Part shown: positions 10,871 through 21,981 of the stretch, piece after piece
Layout of the letters: every line of letters starts with the position of its first letter
Numbering within the stretch: position 1 is the first letter of the stretch
From: Mycoplasma mycoides subsp. capri
Lineage (GTDB): Bacteria; Bacillota_I; Bacilli_A; Mycoplasmatales; Mycoplasmataceae
DNA: 32,000 nt
Direction of reading: 5' to 3'
Assembly (NCBI RefSeq): GCF_018389705.1
Contig: NZ_CP065581.1
Location: 600,001 to 632,000 of the forward strand
Notes under the pieces: model-generated
What the model saw: the letters and a program-made list of their open reading frames with translations, nothing else
Told to the model about the DNA's origin: nothing
Databases searched by the model: none
Program-made: the position numbers and the translations under genes

Positions 10871-12742
10871 TTAAGCATCATATTTAGAAAATCCAGCTTC
10901 ATATAAATCCTTAAATTCACCTGGTTTTTTAACTAATTCTTTAAAAGTACCAATTTGAATAATTCCTTTTTTTGGAGCTAAAACAATAATTTGATCAACA
11001 TTTCTAATTGTTGAAAGTCTGTGAGCAATTGTAATACTTGTTCTTCCTTGCATTAATTCTTCTAATTTTGCCTGAATTTCTTTTTCAACAACATTATCTA
11101 ATGCGCTTGTTGCTTCATCTAAAATTAAAATATCAGGATTTTTTAAAAACATTCTTGCAATTACTAGTCTTTGTTTTTGACCACCAGATAAAATAAATCC
11201 GCGTTCTCCTAAAATTGTATTGTATTGATCTGGTCAAGTCATAACTAAATCATGTAATTCAGCTTTTTTACAAGCTAAAATAATTTCTTCATCAGTAGCA
11301 CTTGGTTTTACATATCTTAAATTATCAAAAACTGTTCCTAATAAAACTGATGGGTCTTGTTCAACATATCCAATATGATTTAAATAACTTGGTAAAAACA
11401 CATCTTTAATGTTTATATTGTCATTAATTAGTACTTCTCCAGAAGTGGGATCATAAAATCTTAATAATAATTTTGAAATAGTTGACTTTCCAGCTCCAGT
11501 TTGTCCAACAAAAGCATAACTTTTACCTTTTTCTAAAACTAAATTAAAGTTAGGTAAAATAACATTTTCAGGTTTGTCTGGATAAGAAAAATTAACGTTT
11601 TTAAATACTAGGTTTCCTTCAATTTTATGTATTCTAATACCTTTTTTATCTAATGAATGATTATTAATAAGTTGAGTTGCATCAGTAATTTCATCAATTC
11701 TTTGAGCTGAAGTACTTGCTTGTACCATACCAATAATTGCTCTTAATAATTGCATAATTGGACCTATTAACATTCCAGCACAAATTAACATAGGTCCTAA
11801 AATAGTTTTTAATGTAGTAATATCATTTTTATATAATCACAAAGCAATTAGTGTCATTAAAATTTGTACTGTATTAATAGCAAAAAATAAAATACTAATC
11901 ATTACAGCCTGAAAATAACTGATTTGTTTATATTTTTTATAATAAATATCATGAATTTGAACAAATCTAGTTTTTTCATATTCTTCTGTACCATTAGCTT
12001 TAATTAATTTAATTGTATTAATTCTATCAGTAACATCACCATTAATATCAGTAATTATTTTTCTTAAATTAAATACAAGTTTTCTCATTGGTAAAAAAGA
12101 TAATCCAAATAAAATACCAAACATTAAAAATAATGAAATAAAAAATAAACCAATATATAAACTAGTTGTAATAAATAAAGTAATTAAAGTAAACACCATT
12201 GTAAAAAAAGCAGTAAAAATAATATTCGGTATAACAGAAGCTTGCATACCAATAATTTGTGTATCAGAAACTACTTTAGTTAAAATTTCACCTGTTTTTT
12301 TATTTGAATAATAATGAATATCAGTTGTGATTAGCTTTCTTGTTAATTCATTTCTTAAACTAATTTCAATTTTTTTACCTAATTCGTTTCCAAATAAGTT
12401 AGCAATATAAGTTAAAACTGCAGTAATTACTAAAATAACAATTCATATTGCTAAAATTACTTTTCAACTAAGTCCTCAAGAACTAGAAAAAATTTGGTGA
12501 GTTTTTTCAAATTCAACAGCAAATTGTAATTGTTGCATTAATAAAGGATTTAACGCAGCAAAAAAAGCAGAAAAAATCGCAGTAATCAATAATCCGATAG
12601 CTCATTTTTTATTAATTTTCATATGTTTTCAAATAACATTAATAAAACTTTTTCTACCGCGATTAAAAGATTTTCTATCTGCTTTTATTTCTTCATCAGT
12701 CATTGGTTTATAAAAATGATCGAAATTATTTTTAACTTTCAT
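10871..12742 (-). CDS. ABC transporter half-molecule, TM domain plus ATPase; tandem paralog of 9002..10855
   Basis: 623 aa frame from [20 protein letters not shown]... behind AAGGAG; [30 protein letters not shown]; track ORFs joined through TGA(Trp). Confidence 0.9.
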
Positions 12743-12798
12743 TCTTATTCTCCTTATAGTAAAATCATTATTAATTATAACATTTAGGTATTTAAAAA

Positions 12799-12824
12799 GA
12801 AAAAGAGACCAAGTTATAGTCTCT
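12799..12824 (-). terminator. Rho-independent terminator between the ssb-like and ABC transporter genes
   Basis: Minus strand AGAGAC-TATAACTTG-GTCTCT followed by TTTTCTTTTT. Confidence 0.6.
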
Positions 12825-12973
12825 AGTGCTATTTAAAAAATCTTTAATCTTTTTTTACTAGTTTAATTTTTATTATTTTATTAATTTTTAGATAAATGAG
12901 AAAACTACTTTTTTAATTGCAAATATAAAATATCTAAAATTTTTTAAATAAAAAATACAATGATTTTAATAAA

Positions 12974-13279
12974 TTAGTTTAAATATAAAATTCTGCTTGC
13001 AAAAATTTCATTTCTAATATTTGCTAAATCATTATTTGAAGTAAATGATTGAATTCTTCCTTCAATCCCAACAACTGCTTGATCGTGTAATAAAAACTCA
13101 TCATCAACAGCATTTGATCAAGCTTTGATATTAATATAATCAAGTGAGTCTACTTCTTTTGATTTATATGGTTTTGGAACTTTTACAATAAACTTATAAA
13201 GCTTTTTTTCACCATCTTTTGAAGTATAAGCAACAGTGGCATCTCCTTCTAATTGACCAATAATGTTTACTAAATTCAT
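12974..13279 (-). CDS. Single-stranded DNA-binding protein-like (short, OB-fold only)
   Basis: MNLVNIIGQLEGDATVAYTSKDGEKKLYKFIVKVPKPYKSKEVDSLDYINIKAWSNAVDDEFLLHDQAVVGIEGRIQSFTSNNDLANIRNEIFASRILYLN*; 101 aa, contains TGA(Trp), missing from the ORF track. Confidence 0.8.
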
Positions 13280-13440
13280 CTGTTTTCTCCTTTTGTTTTC
13301 TCATTATGGTATTAGATAAAAATTTTTAAAAGTAACTCATTTTTATAAAATTTTTAATAAAAAATAAAATTTTAGATAAATAGTCTAATCAAAAATTAAC
13401 TTATTTTTAAAAATATAAAATATAAATAGTGATAAAAATT

Positions 13441-14679
13441 ATGAAAACTAAATGAATTCAACCACTTATTGCTTTATTTTTTATAGTTTTATTAAGTATT
13501 TTAACTATATTTTTAAAATCAACTAGTTTAAGATTATCTTTAATTATTGGTTTTATATTAGGTTATGTAATTAGTAGATCTAGTTTTGATTTTTCATTAG
13601 GAATTAAACAAGTTTATTTATATAAAAACACTAGTTTAACAAAAGCTTTTATACTTTTACTAGCTTTAAGTATGATAATAGTTTTTATATTAAAAATAAT
13701 TTTTGATTTTTATAATATTAATTTAATTTCAAATATTAGTAATACAAATGATATTAGTATATTAACTTTGATTGGTAGTTTTATTATTGGATTTTGTATA
13801 ATAATTACAAGTAATTGTGCTTCAGGTATATTAGTTGATTTAGCTAAAGGAAAATTAAAAGGTTTAATTGGTGTGATCTTTTTTATAATAGGATCAGTAA
13901 TTGGATATATTAGTTTAAAGTTATTTTCTAAAACTAATTTATTTATAAAAACTAGTAGTAAAGTTTTTTTAGCAAATAATATTTATTATTTAACAATACT
14001 TATTTGTAGTTTATTAATACTTTTTATTTTTTATTTAATAATTAAAAAATATGAAAATAAATATTTAAAACAAGATTTTAATTTAAAAATAAATAATAAT
14101 TTAAATGATCAATTAATTAATAATTCATCAAAAAAATTATTTAGTTATAAGAATTATTATAGATTATTTATAAAAAATTGATCTTTTATGATTAGTAGTG
14201 TTTTAATAAGTATTTGTGCAACACTAATTTTAGTTATAAACAACAAAACTTGAGGAGTTTCAAAACCCTTTTTAACATTTTTTGTTTATTTATGTAGTAT
14301 TTTAAAGATTAATTTATCAAATGTTATGTTTGATGAGTTTATAAAAATTACTAATAATGGGTTATTAAATGATAGTTCTACACTTATAAATATCAGTTTA
14401 TTTATAGGTTGTTTAGTTTGTTTTTTATTAGCAAATAAATTTAAATTTGAACTAAAAATTAATAAAAAGGAATTTTTCTGTTTTATAATTGGTGGATTTT
14501 TATTAGGATTTGGAGCAAGTTTAGCAAATGGATGTAGTGTTGGAGCGATGTATTCAAAAATTAGTACATTTGATTTATCTGGATGAGTGTTTTTAATTGG
14601 TATGATTATTGGAATATTTATTGGAATTAAAATTTTTATTAAAAAACAAAATAATATAATTCAAATTAATAGGAGGTAG
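13441..14679 (+). CDS. YeeE/YedE family membrane transporter (TsuA-like; putative sulfur-compound uptake)
   Basis: 412 aa, multi-TM; hallmark Cys/Gly motifs ITSNCASGILVDLAKGKLKG and GFGASLANGCSVGAMYSKISTFDLSGWVF; frame joins ORFs 13672..14181 and 14326..14586 via TGA(Trp); TAG at 14677. Confidence 0.85.
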
Positions 14680-14681
14680 TT

Positions 14682-16445
14682 ATGAGCAAAAAATATGTAA
14701 TAATTGGAGCTGGATTAACTGGTACACTTTTAGCTTTAGAAATTAGAAAGCGTGATAAAAAAGCTCAAATTTATGTTTATGATAAAGGTTGATTGAGCTT
14801 TTTAGATCGTTCAAACTCAGATTATTTTGATTATTTAGTTAAAGAAGCTAAAAATACAGATAACCTGATGTTATATAATCCAGAACATTTTAAAGAAAAA
14901 TACAATATTAACATACAACTTGGAATAGACATTCATCAAATAAAAGATAAAAAGCAAAAGGTTCTATTAAAAAGAGCACAACAAAACCTTCAAGCGTTTG
15001 AAGAAAGTTATGATTATTTAATAATATGTAAAGAATTAAAATCTAATTTTGACTTACTATCTGTAGCGTTAAACTCAAAAAAAGGATTACATAATACTTA
15101 TATAGTAGAAAATGAAGAAAAAATTAAAATACTAAGTGATTTTTTTACTAAAAATAATATAAAAGATATAGTAGTTGTACCAGGCAATTTATTAGGTTTA
15201 AAAGTTGTAAAAGAACTAAAATCAACAAATAAAAACATTACTTTAGTTCAAATAGGATATCAAATTTTAAATGCATTAGATTATGATATGGTTCAAATGT
15301 TAAATAAAGATTTGATTGATAATAATGTTGAACTAATTTTAAAAGATGCTGTATCTGAATTTTATGAAAACAAAGTAAAATTATTAATTAGTGATAAAGA
15401 AATTAAAGCACAAGCTATAGTTTATACAGATAAATCCTTAGCTATTCTTGATAGCTTAACTGGTGAAGAAAATAATTTATTCACATATTATAACAATAGT
15501 CAAAATAATGAAACAAAAAAACTTCCAATATATAATGATAAACAAATTAGAGTTGATAAAAACTATAAAACTAATTTAAAAAATGTTTATGCTATTGGAA
15601 ATTGTATTAAACTACCTGATTGTATGATTAATACAGAAAAAACTGAATTACAAGTTGATACTATTAAAAAACAAATAAATAACTTATTAAATCATATTTT
15701 TAAAAAACAAATAAAACCAAATAAAATTATTACTCAAACTTCATATTTTAAACTTTTTGATTTTAATGTTTGTTATACAGGATTAAGCAAAAGTGAATGT
15801 AAGTCTTTAAAAATTAATTACAAAACAGCTCATGTAATTCCAACAAATAATAGTGATGATGTTTTAAAACAACAACCAATTCATTTTCAATTAATTTTTG
15901 AAAATAAGACTAAAAAGATTCTTGGTGCTCAAGTTATTAGTAAAGTTAATGTTAAATCTAAAGTAGATGTAATTACAAAAATGATTAATAATAATGCTAC
16001 TTTAGATAATTTAAAAAAATATTGTAAAGAAAATAAATTAGAAAATGATGTTGTTGGAATTGTAACTAAAGTTGCTTTAAATGTTTCAGATAATAAATTT
16101 AATCAAATCGATCATACTTGAGTTAGAGATTTAGTAGAAAGTAATCAATTTATTTTAGATGTGAGATCTAAAGAAGCTTATAATAAAGCTCATATTATAA
16201 ATGCTATAAACATTCCTTTAGATGAATTAAAACAAAGATATAATGAAATACCAAATAATAGACCAGTTTATATTCATTGTAGAACTAGTAGAAGTAGTTA
16301 TAAAGCAATAAAACTATTAGAAGAACTAGGTTTTAATAATCTTATAAATATTCAAGGTTCATTTTTACAACTAAGTTATTTTGAGTATTTTAATGATAAA
16401 ATAACAAACAGAAAAAAGATTTTAACAGATTATAATTTTGAATAA
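14682..16445 (+). CDS. FAD-binding CoA-disulfide-reductase-like protein fused to C-terminal rhodanese domain
   Basis: 587 aa; FAD motif MSKKYVIIGAGLTGTLLALE, LKNVYAIGNC, then rhodanese ...FILDVRSKEAYNKAHIINAINIP...VYIHCRTSRSSYKAIKLL. RBS AGGAGG overlaps the end of the upstream transporter gene. Confidence 0.88.
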
Positions 16446-16490
16446 AAAAGCAAAGATTCTAGTTTAACTAGTTTCTTTGCTTATTTTTTT
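16446..16490. terminator. Shared bidirectional terminator between the plus-strand sulfur unit and rnhB
   Basis: AAGCAAAGA-TTCTAGTTTAACTAGTT-TCTTTGCTT with A-rich left and T-rich right flanks; the rnhB stop (16464) lies inside the hairpin loop region. Confidence 0.65.
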
Positions 16491-17087
16491 AATTGGTTTA
16501 TAAGATTTTCTATGAATATCTAGAATACCATATTTTTGTATAGCTAATAAATGATGTTTTGTACAATAACCTTTATGAGATTTAAACCCATAATTTGGAT
16601 AAATTTGATCATATTCATCTAATATTTTATCTCTTGTAACTTTTGCTAAAATACTACTACAAGCAATAGAAAAACTCTTATCATCACCTTTAATGACTGA
16701 TAAAGTTTTAATATTTTCTAAATTTATATTTTGATTACCATCAATTAAACCAAGATCTGGAGTGATTTTTAAATTACTAATTGTTGTTTTAAAACCTAAT
16801 AAACTAGCTTGTAAAGGATTAAGTTCATCAACTTGTTTACTTGAAATTACTATAATTTGATAATCTAAACAATTTTTTATAATTTCATCATATAATAGCT
16901 GTCTAGTTTTTGGATTTAATTTTTTAGAATCTTTTATTAAAGGGTTAAAATAATCAGGTTTTAATATCACACTAGCAACAACTAAAGGACCAGCTAAACA
17001 ACCTCTACCAGCTTCATCGCTTCCTGATAAATAAGTAATATTATGATCTAATTTAATTTGATCATCAAATAATTTTCTATCTATCAT
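16464..17087 (-). CDS. rnhB: Ribonuclease HII
   Basis: 207 aa; YLSGSDEAGRGCLAGPLVVASVIL, SIACSSILAKVTRD, YPNYGFKSHKGY. Confidence 0.95.
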   Translation of the reverse strand: MIDRKLFDDQIKLDHNITYLSGSDEAGRGCLAGPLVVASVILKPDYFNPLIKDSKKLNPKTRQLLYDEIIKNCLDYQIIVISSKQVDELNPLQASLLGFKTTISNLKITPDLGLIDGNQNINLENIKTLSVIKGDDKSFSIACSSILAKVTRDKILDEYDQIYPNYGFKSHKGYCTKHHLLAIQKYGILDIHRKSYKPIKKISKETS

Positions 17088-18031
17088 AATGAACTAATAT
17101 CATTACCTTGTTTATTATCTTCTGGGTTAATTGCTTTTTGAATCTCTTCAGGAACTACTTCTAAAACTTTTTCAAATGAAATTTTTCCTAGTTTACCTTT
17201 TTCTAAATCTTTTAAAAATGAAGATAAAATTCTTTCCATATCTAAAATATCTTCAGTAACATATCATTTTTTTTCAATTCCAATTGTTTCAAAAATCTTA
17301 TAAGAATCAATAACTGAAATAGGTTTTTGTAATCTTAAATTTATTTTGTAATATTTTTCAATCACATCATCATAATTGTTATAAACATAACTCATTAATT
17401 TAGCTGCAACTCTTTCTTTTGGAAAGACATTGTCTTTTATTGAATTAATAGCACAAATATTTACAGCAACTGTTTCAGATTCTAATTTTGAAGGTAAAAC
17501 TCCTGGTGTATCTAATAAATTAATAAATGGGTTTAAATGAATTAATTGAATTCCTCTAGTAACACCTGGTTTATTTCCAACTTTAACGTTTTTTCCTTTA
17601 ATTACTCTGTTTATAAAAGTAGATTTTCCAACATTTGGAATTCCAATAACTAAAGCATTAATTAAAGTATTTTTAATTCCTTTAGCTTTATCTTTTTCAC
17701 GTTTTTTAGCTGTTAATTCATTAATTACATTAATTAAATCATTAACAATATCAGTATGTCTATTATATAAAACTATTACTTTTGAGTTTTCATTTTTAAC
17801 ATAATAATCAACTCATTGTTGAGTAATTTTAGAATCAGCAATATCAGCTTTTGAAAAAATATAAACAATTGGTTTATCTTTTAAAAGCTTTTTAAAAGTA
17901 GTGTTTTTTGATGAATAAGGAGCTCTTGAATCAATTACTTCAACAACAACATCAACCATTTCAATTCTTGCTTCAATATCTTTTAAAGTTTTATTCATAT
18001 GACCTGGAAATCAGTTGAACTCAGCACTCAT
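17081..18031 (-). CDS. rbgA: Ribosome biogenesis GTPase (YlqF/RbgA)
   Basis: Frame from MSAEFNWFPGHMNKTLKDIEARIEMVDVVVEVIDSRAP... with circularly permuted G motifs, FSKADIAD, GIPNVGKSTFINRV; 316 aa with TGA as Trp; overlaps rnhB start by 7 nt. Confidence 0.93.
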
Positions 18032-18079
18032 AAAATCACTTCTTTCTTTTTTTCTAATATAATCTTATCAATAAATAAA

Positions 18080-18120
18080 AAACATCATAATAAAGTATGA
18101 AAATACTTTACATGATGATT
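18080..18120 (-). terminator. Putative terminator after rplS
   Basis: Minus strand CATCATGTAAAGTA-TTTTCA-TACTTTATTATGATG followed by TTTTTTATTTATT. Confidence 0.6.
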
Positions 18121-18129
18121 AAATTATTA

Positions 18130-18513
18130 TTATTTAGCTTGTTTTGTTGGCATAATTTCTTTAATTCTTGCAGCTTTACCAGAAAGATTTCTAATGTAAT
18201 AAATTCGAGATCTTCTAACTTTACCACGTTTAATTAAAGTAACTGAGTCAATAATTGGTGAGTGTAATGGGAATGTTCTTTCAACAAATACACCATTTGA
18301 CATTTTTCTAACAACTACAGAATAAGTAATTCCTGATCCTTGAGTTTTAATAACTAATCCTTCAAAAGATTGGATACGGAATTTGTCTCCTTCTTTAATT
18401 TTTACATCAACTCTAATAGTGTCTCCTGATCTAAAATCTATTAAATCATTTCGTAATTGATTATTTATGATATCAAATTTTGACTTAACAGTTTTTGTAG
18501 CTTTTGAACTCAT
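18130..18513 (-). CDS. rplS: 50S ribosomal protein L19
   Basis: 127 aa; [30 protein letters not shown]...[43 protein letters not shown]. Confidence 0.97.
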   Translation of the reverse strand: MSSKATKTVKSKFDIINNQLRNDLIDFRSGDTIRVDVKIKEGDKFRIQSFEGLVIKTQGSGITYSVVVRKMSNGVFVERTFPLHSPIIDSVTLIKRGKVRRSRIYYIRNLSGKAARIKEIMPTKQAK

Positions 18514-18514
18514 A

Positions 18515-19237
18515 TTATTGTTCTCCTTTCATTTTTTTATAAATTTCTAGTTGGTGTTTATTTAATTTATTTACATCAATTAAATCTGGTCTTTTTTTAA
18601 GTGTTTTTATTACTTGTTGTTCTTCTCTTCACTTTTTAATGTTTTGATGATGACCACTTAATAAAACATCTGGAACTTTCTTATTTCTAAATTCATATGG
18701 TTTAGTATAAACTGGATGATCTAATAAGTTATTTTCAAAGCTCTCATTTTCATGTGATTCTTGTTTTATTACGTTTGGTATAATTCTTGAAATTGAATCA
18801 ACTAAAATTAAACTAGCTAATTCTCCTCCAGTTATTACATAATCACCAATTGATATTTCATCATCAATATAATCTAAAATTCTTTCATCATATCCTTCAT
18901 AATGACCACAAATAATAATAATATGTTCATCATTATTAGCATATTTTTTTACAATGGATTGATTTAAAGTTTTTCCTTGTGGTGTTGTTAGTAAAACAAT
19001 TGAGTTTGTTGTTTTTACTGATTCAATTGCTCTAATTAGTGGTTCAATCATTAAAACCATTCCACTACCACCACCATACTGATAATCATCAACTTGGTTA
19101 TGACTAAGTGTTGAAAAGTCTCTTAAATCAATAACTTCTATTTGTATAGCTTGTTTATTAATTGCTCTTTTAATAATTGATTCTTCTATATATGAATTAA
19201 TGATTTTTGGAAATAAAGTAATAATAGAAAATTTCAT
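18515..19237 (-). CDS. trmD: tRNA (guanine37-N1)-methyltransferase
   Basis: [26 protein letters not shown]..., [38 protein letters not shown]; continues past TGA(Trp) to TAA at 18515; 240 aa. Confidence 0.95.
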
Positions 19238-19238
19238 A

Positions 19239-19733
19239 CTATTTTAGTCCTTCAACATCTTTTGCAATTATTACTTTGTTTTGGTAATCAATCTCTTTTA
19301 TAAAAACATCAACTAAAGGCACTCAAAACTCTTTTTGATTTTCAGATTTAACTTTAACTAATTGTTGATAAGTATTATTCATATAATCACTAATAATTCC
19401 ATTTGTTTTTAAACTTACAAACTTAAAACCAATTAATGAAATAATTTGACTAATATTTTTATCTTTTAAACAATAAATTTCTTGATTTTTATATTTAATA
19501 ACATCATTAATATTATCTAAATTTAAAAATTTAACAATTAATTGATTTTTAGTTTTATTTAAAGTAATGTTTTGTATTCTTAAAACTTGAAAATTATTAT
19601 TAGTTTTTATAAAAAAGGTATCGATTTTATTTAAATCATCAATCATAATATCATCATTTAGAATAACTTTAACTTGCCCTTTAATAGAAAAAGTATTGAC
19701 TATAACACCTATTTTAATAAGATTAGCATTCAT
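19239..19733 (-). CDS. rimM: 16S rRNA processing protein RimM
   Basis: [23 protein letters not shown]..., after TGA(Trp) [27 protein letters not shown]; position between trmD and rpsP. Confidence 0.88.
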
Positions 19734-19764
19734 TGATTTTCAATCTAGTTAATAGATACAGGTT

Positions 19765-20043
19765 TTATTTTTTTTCAGTATTTTTAGAAAATTTAGCTTC
19801 ATGTAAGGCTTTTAAAATACCTTGTTTTGAAAGTAAAGTTCTTACTGTATCAGTTGGTTGAGCACCATTATTTAGTCATTTTAAAGTTAATTCTTTGTCA
19901 ATTTTAACTTCATCTTTTAATGGGTTGAATGTTCCAACTAATTCAATATATTGACCATTACGATTAATACGTGAGTCAGCTGCTACTATTCTATAAAATG
20001 GCGCTTGTTTTTTACCGATTCTTTTTAATCTTAATTTAACCAT
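19765..20043 (-). CDS. rpsP: 30S ribosomal protein S16
   Basis: [92 protein letters not shown]; absent from the ORF track although translated cleanly. Confidence 0.96.
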
Positions 20044-20093
20044 TGTTTCCTCCTATAATATATTTTTAAAACCTTAATAATATTATCAATTTT

Positions 20094-20128
20094 AAAAAAA
20101 GGTGTCAAGTAATTATACTTAACACCTT
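20094..20128 (-). terminator. Putative terminator after rlmH
   Basis: AAGGTGTcAAGTAattaTACTTaACACCTT imperfect hairpin with A/T-tract flanks. Confidence 0.6.
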
Positions 20129-20133
20129 AAAAA

Positions 20134-20601
20134 TTATTTATGATATTTTTCATTTTTTATAATCTTAAAAACTCGATAAATTTGTTCAATTAAAACTATT
20201 CTACATAACTGGTGTGGTAGAGTGATTTTTGCTAAAGAAATTTTATTATTAAAGAAGTTTAAAAATTTTTTTGAATACCCATCACTAGGACCAATTACAA
20301 ATAAAATTTTAGCGTTTTTATAATTTAAATTAGTTTGAATTAAATCAACTAAGTTTTCAGTTGAAATTAATTTTGAATTAACATCCAAAATAACTTTTTC
20401 AAAATCTTTATAACTTTCTAATTTGTTTAATAAAAGATCTGAATTTAGTTCTTTTATTTTATTTAATTCACCATTTATTTCTTCTTTTAATTCAATTATT
20501 TCTATATCAGCATATTTTTCTAATCTTTTAAAATAATCATTAAAAGCATCAATATAAAATTTTTTATCTAATTTACCAAAACAAATGATTTTAATTTTCA
20601 T
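20134..20601 (-). CDS. rlmH: 23S rRNA (pseudouridine1915-N3)-methyltransferase
   Basis: 155 aa; MKIKIICFGKLDKKFYIDAFNDYFKRL..., FVIGPSDGYSK, ITLPHQLCRIVLIEQIYRVFKI. Confidence 0.93.
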   Translation of the reverse strand: MKIKIICFGKLDKKFYIDAFNDYFKRLEKYADIEIIELKEEINGELNKIKELNSDLLLNKLESYKDFEKVILDVNSKLISTENLVDLIQTNLNYKNAKILFVIGPSDGYSKKFLNFFNNKISLAKITLPHQLCRIVLIEQIYRVFKIIKNEKYHK

Positions 20602-20604
20602 AAA

Positions 20605-21948
20605 TTAAAATTTAAATCCACCTTTTGATAGATTTGGCATTCTTCCACTTTTAATCATTTTAGTGATTTCTAAAACTTGTTTTTTACCTTTTTCAAATGA
20701 ATTAATTAATTCATTAAATTCTTTTTCGCTTCGACCTGATCCTTTAATAATTCGATTTTTTCTACTTATTGCTTTTAAAACTCTTGGATCACGTCTTTCT
20801 TTTAAAGTCATTGAATCCATTAAAATTGAAAAGACAGCTAATTTTCTTTGAGCTTCTTGAATTTGTGATTCACTTACTTTATTAATAGGTAACATTTTCA
20901 TTAATTTATTTAAACTACCCATTTTTGCAATTTGAGCTAATTGGTTTCTTAAATCTTCTAAATCAAATTGACCTAAAAACATTCTGTTCATAGTTTTTTG
21001 AATAGAACGTTCATCAATATTTTCTACAGCTCTTTCAAATAAAGTTTCAATATCACCCATTCCCATCAATCTATCGGCCATTCTTTTTGGATAAAAAGCA
21101 GCTAAAGCATTATATCCTTCACCTTCACCAATAAACTTAATAGGTAATTTAGTTAAATAACTAATAGATAAAGTAGCTCCCCCTCTAGCATCTCCATCTA
21201 ATTTAGTAACAACAACTCCAGATAGTTTTAACTTATCATTAAACTCATTTGTAACATTAATAATTTCTTGACCACTCATTCCATCAACAACTAATAAAAT
21301 TTCATTTGGTGATGTTTTTTTCTTTAAATTATCTAGTTCTTTCATTAAAACTTGATCAACTTGTAGTCTTCCTGCTGTATCTAAAATTACAACATCAAAA
21401 TTATTTTCTTTTGCATACTCTAAAGCTTGTTCAGCTGTTTTAACTGGATCTTGTTTTCCTTTTTCAAATACTTGTGTATTTGTTTTTTGTCCAAGTTGAA
21501 CTAATTGTTCAATAGCTCCTGGTCTATAAATATCTAATCCAACTAATAAAACTTTTTTCTTATTTTTTTTATTTAATAAATAAGCAAGTTTGTTAGCTGT
21601 TGTAGTCTTACCACTTCCTTGTAGTCCAACCATCATAACAACACTTGGTTTTTTATTTATATCTAAAGGTGCATTTTCTTTTCCTAAAATATTTACTAAT
21701 TCTTCATGAACAATTTTAATCATTTGTTGATGAGCACTAGCACCTTCTGAAATATATCCACCTAAAGCTTTTTGTTTTACATTATTAATAATTTCTTTAG
21801 CAGCTTCAATATTAACATCAGCTTCTAGTAATGATAATCTAATTTCTTTTAAAGTCTCTTTAATGTTTTCTTCATTTAAAGTAGAATTTTTCATATTTTT
21901 TTCAATGCTTTTTTGCATTCTTTTTGATAAAAAATCACCAAATCCCAT
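20605..21948 (-). CDS. ffh: Signal recognition particle protein
   Basis: 447 aa; GLQGSGKTTTANKLA, DTAGRLQVD, TKLDGDARGG, C-terminal M domain GSGRSEKEFNELINSFEKG. Confidence 0.97.
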   Translation of the reverse strand: MGFGDFLSKRMQKSIEKNMKNSTLNEENIKETLKEIRLSLLEADVNIEAAKEIINNVKQKALGGYISEGASAHQQMIKIVHEELVNILGKENAPLDINKKPSVVMMVGLQGSGKTTTANKLAYLLNKKNKKKVLLVGLDIYRPGAIEQLVQLGQKTNTQVFEKGKQDPVKTAEQALEYAKENNFDVVILDTAGRLQVDQVLMKELDNLKKKTSPNEILLVVDGMSGQEIINVTNEFNDKLKLSGVVVTKLDGDARGGATLSISYLTKLPIKFIGEGEGYNALAAFYPKRMADRLMGMGDIETLFERAVENIDERSIQKTMNRMFLGQFDLEDLRNQLAQIAKMGSLNKLMKMLPINKVSESQIQEAQRKLAVFSILMDSMTLKERRDPRVLKAISRKNRIIKGSGRSEKEFNELINSFEKGKKQVLEITKMIKSGRMPNLSKGGFKF

Positions 21949-21981
21949 ATTAACTCCTTTAATAATTTCTAATTAAATTAT

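Noticed and set aside
1285-12742. Apparent fragmented genes (dNK, nadE, ABC transporters, 535-aa protein) as pseudogenes
   Set aside because: All breaks that I checked are TGA codons in a constant frame, read as Trp in Mycoplasma.
20663-20851. Plus-strand ORF of 62 aa
   Set aside because: Antisense to the Ffh M domain.
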